NCBI GenBank assembly: GCA_040389385.1
Contig: JAZKAA010000003.1
Location: 39,295-103,294, forward strand
DNA from: Patescibacteria group bacterium
GTDB taxonomy: Bacteria; Patescibacteriota; Minisyncoccia; Phycocordibacterales; SBAW01
DNA: 64,000 nucleotides
Direction: 5' to 3'
Program-made: the position numbers and the translations under genes
The notes under the pieces: model-generated
Database searches by the model: none
What the model saw: only the letters and a program-made list of their open reading frames with translations
What the model was told of the DNA's origin: nothing
Part shown: positions 1-10,427 of the stretch, in pieces
How positions within the stretch are numbered: position 1 is the first letter of the stretch
Layout of the letters: each line of letters begins with the position of its first letter

Positions 1-1209
1 CTGCTGATAGTTTTCCATAATCGCGATAAGCGGTCGCTGCGAGAGCGCGGTGGCGTCGTTCATATGCACGGGCTCGATGCTGCCGTCTGCGCGCTTAAGC
101 CGCGTGTTGAGCCTGCGTGCTTGGAAGCCGCCGATGTAGTCGCTCGTGTGTGTCTCGCGGTACGTGTCTTGGCCCGGCATCCATGTCTCAATGTCGATTT
201 GCCGCTGGTCAGGGAAGCCCATATCCCCTGTGCAGATAGCCATAACCTGATACGGCAATTTGAGCTGTTGCATTAAGTACTCCTGTATCGCCACCATCAG
301 CTCCTGCTCGGCCAGGCCGTCTTCGGGTTTGGTAAAGCTCTCCATCTCCAATTTATTAAACTGGTGCAGGCGCAAAATCCCGCGCGTGTCTTTGCCCGCA
401 GCGCCGGCCTCGCGTCTAAATGCCGGCGTGAGCGCCGCATAGCGTATGGGCAAGCGCCCTTCTTTAATAACCTCGTCCATGTGCAAAGGCCCAAGCGTGT
501 GCTCTGCGCTCCCGATGAGCATTGTCTCGTCCTCGGGGAAAAGATACATCTCGTCGGGTGTCAGATATCGCGCCATACGTATCTGTACCTGCTTTTTTAT
601 TATCAGGGGCGGCGCAACAGGCACAAAGGGTTTGTCGGAGGCTGTAAGACCAAACTGCGCAATAATTTTTTGCAGAGTTTCGCGCGAGGTGATGGTATCA
701 AAAGCAAAGCGCATCATGGCCGCCTCGAGCATCACTAGGTCGCCCTTTAAATACGTAAACCGCGCGCCCGATACCTCGGCCGCCTTTTCGTTATCAATAA
801 CACCCAGATCTTTGCCGATGTCCCAGTGTGCCTTGGGCGTAAATGCAAACTGCGGTTTGTCGCCCCACTGGCGTATAACCTTGTTGCCACTCTCGTCGGG
901 CCCTACCGGCGTGTCGGCCGACGGGATATTGGGGATTTTTATCAGCAACCCGACCAACTCTTTTTCTGTCTCTTTATATTTATCTTCCGCCCGCTGCAGC
1001 TCGTCTTTGAGCCGCTTGCCCGCCTCGGCGTCGCGCGCGGCCTGCGCCTCGTTGCGCTTGCGGTTGATATCGCTTACATCGCCGGCTATCTTTTTGCGCT
1101 CGTCGGCCAGCACCAACACACGGTCAAGGTCGACACCCTCGCGGTTTTTGTTTTTGAGCGCGGCGCGCACTATGTCCGGATTCTCCCGTATAAACTGAAT
1201 GTCGAGCAT
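1..1209 (-). CDS. serS: seryl-tRNA synthetase, C-terminally truncated by the window edge; start ATG at ~1209. Absent from the ORF track because it runs off the edge.
   Basis: Manual minus-strand translation from ~1209 gives MLDIQFIRENPDIVRAALKNKNREGVDLDRVLVLADERKK... with a long N-terminal coiled-coil arm and a class II core (ALTPAFRREAG, motif 2-like), typical of SerS. Confidence 0.8.
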   Translation of the reverse strand, partial: MLDIQFIRENPDIVRAALKNKNREGVDLDRVLVLADERKKIAGDVSDINRKRNEAQAARDAEAGKRLKDELQRAEDKYKETEKELVGLLIKIPNIPSADTPVGPDESGNKVIRQWGDKPQFAFTPKAHWDIGKDLGVIDNEKAAEVSGARFTYLKGDLVMLEAAMMRFAFDTITSRETLQKIIAQFGLTASDKPFVPVAPPLIIKKQVQIRMARYLTPDEMYLFPEDETMLIGSAEHTLGPLHMDEVIKEGRLPIRYAALTPAFRREAGAAGKDTRGILRLHQFNKLEMESFTKPEDGLAEQELMVAIQEYLMQQLKLPYQVMAICTGDMGFPDQRQIDIETWMPGQDTYRETHTSDYIGGFQARRLNTRLKRADGSIEPVHMNDATALSQRPLIAIMENYQQ

Positions 1210-1235
1210 AAAAGTGAGTGTAAAATAATCTTATC

Positions 1236-2099
1236 ATGGCCGCTTTCCCCATGCGACAGCTTAAAACCAGCGAGTGGCCGGTGCTCTTAAAAGAGATACC
1301 TGACAAGCCCTCTACTTTATATATCCGCGGCACCATGCCGCCTAAAGACTACGCGCTCTTGTGCGTTGTCGGCAGCCGCGCGTGCTCGCCGTATGCGCGC
1401 CGCATGACCCAAAAAATAATCGCGGGGCTCGCACAATACCCGGTAGCTATAGTCTCCGGCATGGCGCTCGGCCTGGATAGCGAGGCGCACAAAGCCGCGC
1501 TTGATGTCGGCCTGCCCACCATAGCGGTGCTGCCATCATCGGCCGACGAGGAGAGTATCTACCCCTCGACCAACCGGCCGCTTGCTCAGCGTATACTTGC
1601 GCGCGGGAGCGCACTCATAAGCGAGTCGGGCAAACCGCACAAGGCCGCTATATATGACTTCCCCAAGCGCAACCGCATTAGCGCAGGCATGTGCACGGCG
1701 ACACTTATAGTAGAGGCGGGCGAAAAGTCGGGCACGCTTATCACCGCGCGCCTGGCACTCGACTACAACCGCGAGGTGCTTGCTATCCCCCACGAAATCG
1801 GCCGCGAGACAGGCGCCGGCGTCAACCGCTTGATACGCGAGGGTGCAACCTTGGTGCGTGACGCAAGCGACGTGCTGCAGGCGCTCGGGCTAAAAGAGAC
1901 CGAGCCTACGCAGCAAGCGCTGCCGACTGACCTCTCCGAGACAGAAGCGCGGGTACTCCACACTCTCACCGAAGCGCTCGTGCGCGACGAACTTATTGAG
2001 CTTGCCGAGCTTAGCGCGCAAGATGCCGGTGTCGCATTGTCGTCGCTATTAATCCGCGGATTGATAACCGAACGGCTTGGCAAAATTGAAAGGGTGTAG
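1236..2099 (+). CDS. dprA: DNA processing protein DprA/Smf
   Basis: 287 aa; LCVVGSRACSPYA...VSGMALGLDSEAHKAAL Rossmann-like DprA core. Confidence 0.85.
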   Translation: MAAFPMRQLKTSEWPVLLKEIPDKPSTLYIRGTMPPKDYALLCVVGSRACSPYARRMTQKIIAGLAQYPVAIVSGMALGLDSEAHKAALDVGLPTIAVLPSSADEESIYPSTNRPLAQRILARGSALISESGKPHKAAIYDFPKRNRISAGMCTATLIVEAGEKSGTLITARLALDYNREVLAIPHEIGRETGAGVNRLIREGATLVRDASDVLQALGLKETEPTQQALPTDLSETEARVLHTLTEALVRDELIELAELSAQDAGVALSSLLIRGLITERLGKIERV

Positions 2100-2117
2100 T
2101 ATCAAGGAGCACTACTG

Positions 2118-4346
2118 ATGAAATTGGTAATTGTAGAAAGTCCTGCGAAAGCAAAGACCATAGAAAAATATTTGTCGGAGATAGACTCCGGCGGCGACTT
2201 CCGCGTACGCGCCAGCGTCGGCCATGTGCGCGACCTGCCCAAAAACAACAAAAAGGCTATCGACATTGAGGGCGGCTTTGTCCCTCACTACGAGGTGGTG
2301 GCCGGCAAGGCCGAGGTTATAGCCGACCTCAAAGCCTTGGCCAAAAAGGCCGATGAGGTAATACTCGCGACCGACCCCGACCGCGAGGGCGAGGCTATTG
2401 CCTGGCACATCCAACAGGAGCTCAAGCTCAAAAAGCCCGACCGCATCGTATTTCACGAAATCACAAAAGACGCGATAGCCGAGGCGCTTGCACACCCGCG
2501 CGCGATAGACGAGCACCTGCGCGCGGCGCAAGAGGCACGCCGCGTCTTGGACCGCCTGGTGGGGTACGATCTCTCAGGCCTGATTTGGAAAAAGGTCCGC
2601 TATGGATTGTCTGCAGGTCGCGTGCAGTCGCCGGCGCTGCGCATACTCATGGAGCGCGAGCGCGAGATACGCGCCTTTGTGCCGGAAACTTTTTTTGTAA
2701 TAACCGCACAAACAGAGACGCCCAAAAAGGCCACGCTGGCTCTAACCTGTGTTGAGGAGCCTAAGAAGAAGGGCGAGGCCGAACATATAGTAGAGGCGGT
2801 CAAAAAAGACGGTCTCACAATTGCCGACGTCGGCGAGGCAGAGGCCAAGCGCGCTGCGCGCCCACCGCTCACAACCTCGACCTTGCAGCAGGCTGCCAGC
2901 TCGCGCCTGGGCTACTCGCCCGCTAACACCATGCGCATTGCGCAAAAGTTGTACGAGCAGGGACACATAACCTACATGCGCACAGACTCGGTCAACTTGG
3001 GTGCGCCGGCGCGCGCCGCAATACTGGCTGCGGTAGAAAAAAAGTTTGGCAAAGAGTATGCCGAGTCGCGCACCTATACCGCCAAGTCTAAAAACGCGCA
3101 GGAGGCGCACGAGGCTATCCGCCCCACCAATGTGGCCAAAGAGTCGGCCGGCACCACGCCGGAGCAAAAAAAGCTGTACGAGCTTATCTGGCGCCGCGCG
3201 GTTGCGTCACAAATGGCCGATGCCAAGGTACTCAAGACAAAAATTGTCGCCAAGACCAAAGACGCCAAAGTGCCGGAGTTTGTGGCCACCGGCTCGCGCG
3301 TACTCTTCCCGGGTTGGCTGGCGTGCGACACCGCCGCGCGCGGCGAGGATGTCGAGCTACCCAAAGTTGCTGTAGGAGAGGCGCTCAAAGTTAATAGTGT
3401 TGATATTGAGGAAAAGCAGACCACGCCGCCGCCGCGCTACACCGAGGCTGGGCTGGTTAAGGAGCTAGAAAAGCGAGGCATCGGCCGCCCCAGCACCTAC
3501 GCGTCAATAATGAAGACGCTCGCCGACCGCGGCTATGTCGAGAAGGAGGGTCGCAGCCTCAAGCCCACTGACACGGGCGACGTGGTATCGAGCTTTTTAG
3601 AAGCGAACTTCCCCACCTACATATCCGACACGTTTACCGCCGAGATGGAGGATGAGTTGGACGACATCGCCACCGGCAAGCGCGAGTATGCAAAAACGCT
3701 CAAAGACTTTTATGGTCCGTTTCTTAAAGAGGTAAAGATAAAAGACAAAGAGGCCGGCAAGATTACCGACCTGGGGCCCACTCCGGCCGAGTTTACGTGC
3801 CCGCTCTGTAGCAGCACGATGGTGTACAAACTCTCGCGCCAGGGCAAGTTTATGTCGTGCAGCAAGTTCCCCGACTGCATTGGCGCACGCACAGAGTTGG
3901 GCGAAATCTTGAGCAACGAGCCCGCCAAACCAATCGGCAAGCACCCGGAGACCGGCGAGGATATTTATGTACTGGACGGCCGCTTTGGGCCGTATGTGCA
4001 GTTGGGCGAGATGCCGACCGGTAAAGGCAAAACTAAAAAGGCCAAGCCGCGCCGCTCGAGCTTGCCCAAAGACAAAAAGCCGGAAGACGTAACACTGGCC
4101 GACGCTTTGATTTATCTCTCGCTCCCACGCGAGCTTGGTGTGCACCCGGTAACTGGAGAGAAAATAATCGCCAACGTGGGGCGCTTTGGCCCGTACATTG
4201 CACATAACACCAAACCCAAACCCGACTTCCGCTCCCTAAAAACCGACAGCCCGTACGACATCACCTTTGAGCGTGCGTTGGAGATATTGAAAGAAGAAAA
4301 GAAACGTAGAGGCTTTGCACGCAAAACAAAAACCACCGACAAGTAG
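2118..4346 (+). CDS. topA: DNA topoisomerase I
   Basis: 742 aa; N-terminal Toprim (MKLVIVESPAKAKTIEKYL), catalytic-Tyr region (YMRTDS), C-terminal Zn-ribbon (CPLCSS...CSKFPDC). Confidence 0.92.
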   Translation: MKLVIVESPAKAKTIEKYLSEIDSGGDFRVRASVGHVRDLPKNNKKAIDIEGGFVPHYEVVAGKAEVIADLKALAKKADEVILATDPDREGEAIAWHIQQELKLKKPDRIVFHEITKDAIAEALAHPRAIDEHLRAAQEARRVLDRLVGYDLSGLIWKKVRYGLSAGRVQSPALRILMEREREIRAFVPETFFVITAQTETPKKATLALTCVEEPKKKGEAEHIVEAVKKDGLTIADVGEAEAKRAARPPLTTSTLQQAASSRLGYSPANTMRIAQKLYEQGHITYMRTDSVNLGAPARAAILAAVEKKFGKEYAESRTYTAKSKNAQEAHEAIRPTNVAKESAGTTPEQKKLYELIWRRAVASQMADAKVLKTKIVAKTKDAKVPEFVATGSRVLFPGWLACDTAARGEDVELPKVAVGEALKVNSVDIEEKQTTPPPRYTEAGLVKELEKRGIGRPSTYASIMKTLADRGYVEKEGRSLKPTDTGDVVSSFLEANFPTYISDTFTAEMEDELDDIATGKREYAKTLKDFYGPFLKEVKIKDKEAGKITDLGPTPAEFTCPLCSSTMVYKLSRQGKFMSCSKFPDCIGARTELGEILSNEPAKPIGKHPETGEDIYVLDGRFGPYVQLGEMPTGKGKTKKAKPRRSSLPKDKKPEDVTLADALIYLSLPRELGVHPVTGEKIIANVGRFGPYIAHNTKPKPDFRSLKTDSPYDITFERALEILKEEKKRRGFARKTKTTDK

Positions 4347-4376
4347 TGGCTTTTGCCCTTTCTTGTTGGTGGTTGA

Positions 4377-4598
4377 TTAGTTTGACAGCCAGCGGTAGCA
4401 CAGGCGACGCTGGAAGAAAAACGCGTCCATGATGTCGATGCCGAGTTCGGCAGCGACTTGCTTTGTGTTGGCCACAAAGTGCTTCAGGGCTTCGAGCCCT
4501 GCAGCTTGGTTGACGCCATCGAGACGATAGCGTTGCATGAACTTGACGCCGATGTCTTCGAACTTTCTTTCCTGTTCAGAATCGCGGTAGTAGTTCAT
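4377..4598 (-). CDS. hypothetical small protein (73 aa)
   Basis: ORF with AGGAG-like RBS upstream of ATG (MNYYRDSEQERKF...); convergent with topA; no recognisable domain. Confidence 0.35.
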   Translation of the reverse strand: MNYYRDSEQERKFEDIGVKFMQRYRLDGVNQAAGLEALKHFVANTKQVAAELGIDIMDAFFFQRRLCYRWLSN

Positions 4599-4710
4599 TG
4601 TGGGCTCCTGCCAAGGTTCAGTATTTCCTCTCTATTATACACCCAGACAATAGGTTTGTCAAGGTGTCAAATAGACCCTTATTTTAAGGCTTATTGGTTA
4701 TACTGGGCGT

Positions 4711-6210
4711 ATGCCTCTATCCGGCGCACAGGAGATTACGGCGCTTATGCGCTCGCCCAGCTCGGCTGATAAGGAGCTGGTGGAAAAGGCCTACGCCTTT
4801 GCGATGGTCGCGCACAAGGACCATAAGCGCTACAGCGGCGAGCCATACATCGGCCACCTGGTAGAGACTGCCAAAGGCTTGGCCGGGCTCGGGCTGTCGG
4901 CCAAAACAGTCGCGGCCGGTTTATTGCACGACAGTATCGAGGACGCGGGCATTTTACCCGAGACATTGGAAAAGGAGTTCGGCAAAGAGATACGATTTTT
5001 GGTGGAGGGCGTAACCAAGCTCGGACACGTTAAGTACCACGGAGCGGAGCGCCATCGCGAGAGCATGCGCAAGCTGCTGGTGGCAACCGGCAAAGATGCG
5101 CGGGTTTTGATAATCAAGCTGATGGACCGCCTGCACAATATGCGCACGCTTGTGCATGTGCCCGAGGCCAAGCGTGCGCGCATTGCGCTGGAGACACTAG
5201 AAATATACGCAGCCATTGCCCACCGCTTGGGTATGGGGCTCGTCCGCCGCGAGTTGGAGGACCTTGCGTTTGAGTATGCTTTGCCGGCAGAGTTTAAAGA
5301 AACAAAAACGCTCCTCAACACTCAAAGCCGCACGACGCTCGAGCGTCTGGAAAAGATGGTCAAAACGCTGCGCAAAGAGTTTGGAAAAAATGGCATCACC
5401 AAGTTTCGCACCGACGCGCGGGTTAAGGGCCTGTACAGCTTGTACCGCAAACTGCAGCGCAAAGAGGGCGATATAGAAAAGATTTATGACATCGCGGCGC
5501 TGCGCATTATTGTGCCAAGCGTCACCGACTGCTACCGCGTCTTAGGATTGGTCAACAATATTTGGCAGCCGCTGCCGGGCAAGATTAAAGACTACATTGC
5601 CTTCCCCAAGCCCAACGGGTATCAATCGCTCCACACCACCGTCTTTACCGGCGACGGCGGCATTGTCGAGGTACAAATACGCACCGAGGAAATGCACGCC
5701 GAGGCCGAGCTTGGTATCGCCGCGCACGTCGGCTACAAAGAGGGCGCGCCCAAGTCGGGCAGCTTTGACTGGATAAAAAGTCTGGTGCCCGGCTTTAAGA
5801 GGGAGAAGGCCGCCGAGGACGCCGCGCACAAGCGCTACAGCGCGATAGGTGCGCCCGACTGGCTAGCCGACATAGGCGACGACGCACAAGAGCCCGATAT
5901 CGAGACGGCGCTTAAGACCGACCTCTTTAGCCGCCGGGTGTTTGTCTTTACCCCCACGGGCGATGTCGTCGACCTCCCCGCCGACTCGTCCCCTATCGAC
6001 TTTGCGTACGCGATACACTCCGACATCGGCGACCACGCGTTTGGTGCCAAGGTCAACGGCAAGATGGTCCACCTGGACACACATCTCCACAACGGCGACA
6101 TTGTCGAGATACAAACGCGAAAGACTGCCCACCCCTCAAAAAAATGGCTCGACTTTACCAAAACCACCATGGCGCGTCGCCACATCCGCAACGCGCTCGA
6201 GAAGCAGTAG
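4711..6210 (+). CDS. rel: bifunctional (p)ppGpp synthetase/hydrolase Rel/SpoT homolog (short form: HD + synthetase + TGS, no ACT)
   Basis: 499 aa; HD motif (HDSIED), RelA/SpoT synthetase region (RIIVPSVTDCYRVLG...), TGS-like C-terminus (GKMVHLDTHLHNGDIVEI). Confidence 0.88.
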   Translation: MPLSGAQEITALMRSPSSADKELVEKAYAFAMVAHKDHKRYSGEPYIGHLVETAKGLAGLGLSAKTVAAGLLHDSIEDAGILPETLEKEFGKEIRFLVEGVTKLGHVKYHGAERHRESMRKLLVATGKDARVLIIKLMDRLHNMRTLVHVPEAKRARIALETLEIYAAIAHRLGMGLVRRELEDLAFEYALPAEFKETKTLLNTQSRTTLERLEKMVKTLRKEFGKNGITKFRTDARVKGLYSLYRKLQRKEGDIEKIYDIAALRIIVPSVTDCYRVLGLVNNIWQPLPGKIKDYIAFPKPNGYQSLHTTVFTGDGGIVEVQIRTEEMHAEAELGIAAHVGYKEGAPKSGSFDWIKSLVPGFKREKAAEDAAHKRYSAIGAPDWLADIGDDAQEPDIETALKTDLFSRRVFVFTPTGDVVDLPADSSPIDFAYAIHSDIGDHAFGAKVNGKMVHLDTHLHNGDIVEIQTRKTAHPSKKWLDFTKTTMARRHIRNALEKQ

Positions 6211-6846
6211 CTACTCCGCCAGGTGCGCGTGGTCGTTCCACACCCATAGACGCCACGACTGAGCTCTTTGCTCGTCGTGTGTAAATAGAGATACGGACGT
6301 ATTGAGTGGGGTGTCTATGTTCCACGTTATACTCTGTATCTCCTGTGCTGTGGGCTTGAGATTAAAAATTACATGGGCCAGTAGAATTCGCACAAAAAAC
6401 CCGTGCGTGACAACTACTATGTGCTCTTCTTGCCGCTTGGCTAAAAAATCCAACGCCGCATTTGCGCGTGCCGTATGTTCGTCGTAACCCTCCTCATCTC
6501 CAAAGTGATACCCCGGACCATAATTAGAGCGGAGCGTTTTGTATGCGGCAACAGCTTCAGGGCTTGTTTCAGACATGCCTATAAACTGGGTCATACCCCG
6601 ACCTTCAGCAAATAATGCGTTGTACTCGGGCTGTATGCCTATTTTTTGTGTAATACATTCAGCGGTCTGCTTTGTCCGTAGAAAAGGACTGGCTATAAAT
6701 GCTTCAACCGGTAGTTTGGACACCCGATCGGCAATAATAGCCGCCTCCTTGAAACCCAGCTCAGTGAGAGGACTGTCCGGAGCTTGGTGTACTTTTTTAA
6801 CATTATCTTCCGATTGACCGTGGCGGACAAAGTAGACTGTCTTCAT
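6211..6846 (-). CDS. histidine phosphatase family (phosphoglycerate-mutase-like) protein
   Basis: 211 aa; N-terminal RHGQS catalytic motif, later VVVTHG. Confidence 0.75.
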   Translation of the reverse strand: MKTVYFVRHGQSEDNVKKVHQAPDSPLTELGFKEAAIIADRVSKLPVEAFIASPFLRTKQTAECITQKIGIQPEYNALFAEGRGMTQFIGMSETSPEAVAAYKTLRSNYGPGYHFGDEEGYDEHTARANAALDFLAKRQEEHIVVVTHGFFVRILLAHVIFNLKPTAQEIQSITWNIDTPLNTSVSLFTHDEQRAQSWRLWVWNDHAHLAE

Positions 6847-7820
6847 AGACTAAAACTTGACGGGTCGAAGGTATTTTCGTCCCTTTCTATTTCGTCTTTG
6901 CTGCGGTCATCCAGAGGTCCCGCAAAAGTTTCCGACGGAGGAGTTGGGGTCGTGTCTATCTCTCCGGAGGCGGAAAGCTTTTGCGGGACCTCTGCCCTAT
7001 TTGAGAGCTGCGCCAGTATCGACTTCAAATCCTCCTCGGCCATGTAGTCAATCACCAGCTTGCCTCCCTTTTCTTTTGGCTCGATGACGACGCGTGTACC
7101 AAGCACACTGGAGAGTTCGCGCTCCATCTCAAGCACATCGGGGGAGAAAAGATATTCCTTTTTGCGCACACGGTCTTGGGCAATGCGCCGCGCCATGTTC
7201 TCCGCGTCGCGCACCGTAACGCGCCGAATCAAAATCTCTTTAAACAGCACCAGCTGCTCCTCTTTGCGGTCGGCCAACATCAACAAAGGTCGCGTGTGGC
7301 CTTCGCTTATCTTGCCGTCTTGCAGCGCCTGCTGCATCTCTACCGGCAGCGCCAACAGGCGTATCGAGTTGCTGACATACTCCCTGCTCTTGCCCACTTT
7401 CTCAGCAATCTCGGTGTGTTTGAAATTAAATTGCTTGGCCAACTGGTCAAACGCCTTGGCGCGGTCTATCGGGTTGAGGTCCTCGCGCTGCAGGTTTTCT
7501 ATAATAGCGAGCTCCAGCTTGGTCTTGTCGTCGTCAAAAGCGGCACGGATAAGCACCGGCACCTCGCGTACGCCCGCCAACTTGGCCGCGCGCAGGCGGC
7601 GCTCGCCGGCAATCAGCTCGTACTCGGCGGCGATGCCGCCATCGGGCTTTTCTACCTCTTTGCGGCTGACGGTAAGCGGCTGGATAACGCCGTACTGTCG
7701 TATCGAGCGCGCAAGGTCGGCCAGCTTGGCCTCGTCAAACTCCCTGCGAGGTTGAAAGGGGTTAGGCGTGATTTTATCCACCTCGACCCAAAAAATCGCG
7801 TTATTGTAAAACTGCGACAT
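6843..7820 (-). CDS. parB: ParB/Spo0J-like partition/nucleoid-occlusion protein (start adjusted to MSQFYNN... ~7820)
   Basis: ParB N-domain motifs ITPNPFQPRR, IQPLTV, YELIAGERRLRAAKLAG; HTH; no parA adjacent in the window. Confidence 0.8.
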   Translation of the reverse strand: MSQFYNNAIFWVEVDKITPNPFQPRREFDEAKLADLARSIRQYGVIQPLTVSRKEVEKPDGGIAAEYELIAGERRLRAAKLAGVREVPVLIRAAFDDDKTKLELAIIENLQREDLNPIDRAKAFDQLAKQFNFKHTEIAEKVGKSREYVSNSIRLLALPVEMQQALQDGKISEGHTRPLLMLADRKEEQLVLFKEILIRRVTVRDAENMARRIAQDRVRKKEYLFSPDVLEMERELSSVLGTRVVIEPKEKGGKLVIDYMAEEDLKSILAQLSNRAEVPQKLSASGEIDTTPTPPSETFAGPLDDRSKDEIERDENTFDPSSFSL

Positions 7821-7866
7821 ACGGGATATTCTAACACAGCACACAATGCCGGGATGGCGGAATTGG

Positions 7867-7950
7867 TAGACGCACAGGACTCAAAATCCTGCGGGGGCAA
7901 CCCCGTGAGAGTTCGATTCTCTCTCCCGGCACAAAGAAAAAAGCCGCACC
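7867..7950 (+). tRNA. tRNA-Leu (anticodon CAA), type II with long variable arm, no encoded CCA
   Basis: Acceptor GCCGGGA/TCCCGGC, D-arm GGAATTGGTAGAC, anticodon loop CTCAAAA, T-arm GAGAG-TTCGATT-CTCTC. Confidence 0.85.
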
Positions 7951-7961
7951 GAGTGGTGCGA

Positions 7962-8701
7962 CTAGAGCCCGAGACTGCTCGTGCATTGAAACGCCGCGGC
8001 CCTCATTTGCTCAAGGCTCGCCAGCTGATTCTTGCCATAGATGGCGCTGCCGACAATGGCGTGGAAACGTGGCCCCGCCGCCTTGCCACACTTAGTGATG
8101 TCTCCACCCTGCGAGATGAAGCCGGGTGCATAGGCGTCATAGTTGCCATGGCCGAGACCATGCTCGAGCCATTGGCAAATCTTTTGCACCCATTCGAGCT
8201 TGGTGCCCGGCATGACAAAGTCGGTCACTTCTTGCTCTATGGCCGACTTGTAGATCCGCTCCGGCGTGTCGTTGTCGATGTAACCGCCCTCGCTCACCAG
8301 AAACCTGTCGTGCGTCATCATGCCGCCGACCAGCACGTGCAGACCCTCGCCTTTGCAGGCCTTGGTCCACTCGCGTTGCACATCAGGGCCGGTAAAGGGA
8401 AACAAAATCACCGCGTCGACGCCGAAGATCTTGAGCTGACTTGCCAACTTGGCTCCCATGTCGGGGATATCGTTGCCGGCCTTCTGATGGTCGTAGATGA
8501 CGACTGTATGGCCGGCACTGTGGCGTATGCTCTGGACGACTCCTTCGAGACCCTTGAGCCCAAGCTGGAATCCCACCTTGTAACTGCTGACTCCGGTATT
8601 GGTAAGGCCCACCGACGCCAACAGCTTTGCTGCAGCAATGGTGGGGACGTCCGCAGCAATCATTATGCTCCGGTCAGCAGCGATCAAACGCTTTGTCATG
8701 C
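7962..8701 (-). CDS. pyrF: orotidine 5'-phosphate decarboxylase (start adjusted to MTKRLIAADRS ~8701; the ORF-track N-terminal extension to 9083 is unlikely)
   Basis: OMPDC-like motifs IMIAADVP...; DHQKAGNDIP (D-x-K-x-x-D-I-P); divergent from pyrE. Confidence 0.7.
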
Positions 8702-8817
8702 GTAGCCCTTTCGTAAGGACAACGAAACTTGTTGCCGAGCACACTCTACTGCGCTTTTTATTTTTATGCCACTGTGATAGTTTTGTCAGCGGAGCTTCAT
8801 CGGCAGGGAGTCGTGCC

Positions 8818-9453
8818 ATGGACGAGAAACGTGCTACAGAGTTGTTGACCCGCGCCGGAGCATTTTTGGAGGGACATTTTGTCTTTACCTCCAAAGTGCA
8901 CTGCGCAACGTACTTCAATAAAGATGCGGTGTTTGCGCACCCGCGGATTACCGACGAGTTGGCGCAAGCGTTGGCGCTCGCGTTTGACAAAGACCGCGTG
9001 GAGGTCGTTGTCGCGCCGGAAAAGGGCGCGATTGTGCTTGGGCACAGCGTTGCGGGCTGGCTGGACAAGTTTCGTACCACCAACGACCACCCACCCGTGT
9101 TGTCAGCCTATGCGGAAAAGAGCGACAACGGCTTTGTGATCAAGCGCGGATACAGCAAACTCATACTCGGCAAGCGCGTGCTTGTGGTTGAGGACCAGCT
9201 GACAACCGGCGGCTCTGCCGGCAAGGTGGTAACAACCGTTGAGCGGCTGGGCGGCATAGCGGTGGGCGTGGCTGCTCTCAACAACGGCGGCACGACCGCG
9301 GAGAAACTTGGTGTTCCCAAGCTCGTCACGCTGTTGCAGAAAGTGCAGCAAACATATCCCGAGCACGAGTGCCCCATGTGCTTCAGTGGGATCACCGTCA
9401 ACACAGAAGTTGGCCACGGCAAGGAGTTTGTCGCATCAACAGCACCGGTCTAA
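8818..9453 (+). CDS. pyrE: orotate phosphoribosyltransferase (start at MDEKRATE ~8818)
   Basis: PRTase motif VLVVEDQLTTGGS; FLEGHFVFTSKVHCATYFNKD typical OPRTase N-terminus. Confidence 0.85.
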   Translation: MDEKRATELLTRAGAFLEGHFVFTSKVHCATYFNKDAVFAHPRITDELAQALALAFDKDRVEVVVAPEKGAIVLGHSVAGWLDKFRTTNDHPPVLSAYAEKSDNGFVIKRGYSKLILGKRVLVVEDQLTTGGSAGKVVTTVERLGGIAVGVAALNNGGTTAEKLGVPKLVTLLQKVQQTYPEHECPMCFSGITVNTEVGHGKEFVASTAPV

Positions 9454-9488
9454 CTGGCCGGTGTTTTTTATTGTGCTAGAGTGCCATC

Positions 9489-10322
9489 GTGCTAAAGAAA
9501 AAGGTTATAGCTATCGTCGGGCCTACTGGCTCGGGCAAGTCGAGCTTGGGCGCGTATCTTGCCCATAATCTGGGCGGAGAGATTATTGCCGCTGACTCCA
9601 GACAGGCATACCGCGGCATGCGGGTTATATCGCGCGCCGACAAAGCCCACATGGTGGGCGTGGCCGACCCACGCCGGCAATTTAGTGCTGGCGAGTATGT
9701 AAAGGCTTGTTCCAGTGTTTTGCAAAAGACTAGAATACCAATTGTCGTTGGGGGTACCGGGTTTTATATAGACACATTGCTTGGGCGCATGGCTATGCCC
9801 GAGGTTGCTCCAAATAAGAAATTACGAGAGCAACTAGAACAACTAACAACAAGACAAATAGCCGCAAGGCTCAAAAAACTCGATCCTGCGAGCGCAAAGC
9901 GCGTTGACCTCAAAAACAGACCGCGCATAGTCCGCGCAATCGAAATAGCAAAAGCGCTAGGCAAGGTCCCCGCCCCTGCCCTCTCAACGCAATACAACGT
10001 GTTGTGGCTGGGGCTCAAAGAGCAGAAAAATCTTACAGCGGGCGTCGAGGCACGGCTCAAAGCAGGTATGGTCGCCGAGGCCAAAAAGCTCCGGTCTACC
10101 CTCTCCAAAAAGCGCTACGCTGAACTCGGGTTTGAGTTTGCATTGCTTGCAGATTATTTGGACGGAAAGTTAGCAAGGACTACCCTTGCTAAAGAGCTTG
10201 TACGAGGCGAGCAAAAATATGCCAAGCGCCAATGGCGCTGGTTTAAACGCAACAAAGACATCTATTGGATCAAAAACAAAAGTGAGGCTCTACGTCTGGC
10301 GAAAGGCTTCCTTTCGCGCTAA
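9489..10322 (+). CDS. miaA: tRNA dimethylallyltransferase
   Basis: 277 aa; P-loop GPTGSGKS followed by IIAADSRQAYRGM. Confidence 0.9.
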   Translation: MLKKKVIAIVGPTGSGKSSLGAYLAHNLGGEIIAADSRQAYRGMRVISRADKAHMVGVADPRRQFSAGEYVKACSSVLQKTRIPIVVGGTGFYIDTLLGRMAMPEVAPNKKLREQLEQLTTRQIAARLKKLDPASAKRVDLKNRPRIVRAIEIAKALGKVPAPALSTQYNVLWLGLKEQKNLTAGVEARLKAGMVAEAKKLRSTLSKKRYAELGFEFALLADYLDGKLARTTLAKELVRGEQKYAKRQWRWFKRNKDIYWIKNKSEALRLAKGFLSR

Positions 10323-10335
10323 GATAAACGCGTTT

Positions 10336-10406
10336 GGGCGATTGGTGAAATGGTATCACAACGGTCTCCAAAACCGTTAGTGGAGGTTCGATTCCTCCAT
10401 CGCCCG
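10336..10406 (+). tRNA. tRNA-Trp (anticodon CCA), no encoded 3' CCA
   Basis: Acceptor GGGCGAT/ATCGCCC, anticodon stem ACGGT/ACCGT with loop CTCCAAA, T-arm GGAGG-TTCGATT-CCTCC. Confidence 0.85.
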
Positions 10407-10427
10407 CTACGATATAAAAAGACCGCC

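Noticed and set aside
446-1198. 250-aa plus-strand ORF (Ser/Ala-rich, low complexity), together with 364..738 and 826..1290
   Set aside because: They lie antisense to a clear seryl-tRNA synthetase reading frame on the minus strand (1..1209). Their composition is typical of a GC-rich antisense frame.
7176-8705. 509-aa plus-strand ORF
   Set aside because: Runs through tRNA-Leu(CAA) and is antisense to parB and pyrF; Leu/Arg/Ala-rich spurious frame.
7962-9083. Long 373-aa version of the pyrF ORF
   Set aside because: The N-terminal 128 residues are low-complexity and overlap the pyrE promoter region. The OMPDC homology starts at the internal Met (MTKRLIAADRS), so the gene was shortened to 7962..8701.
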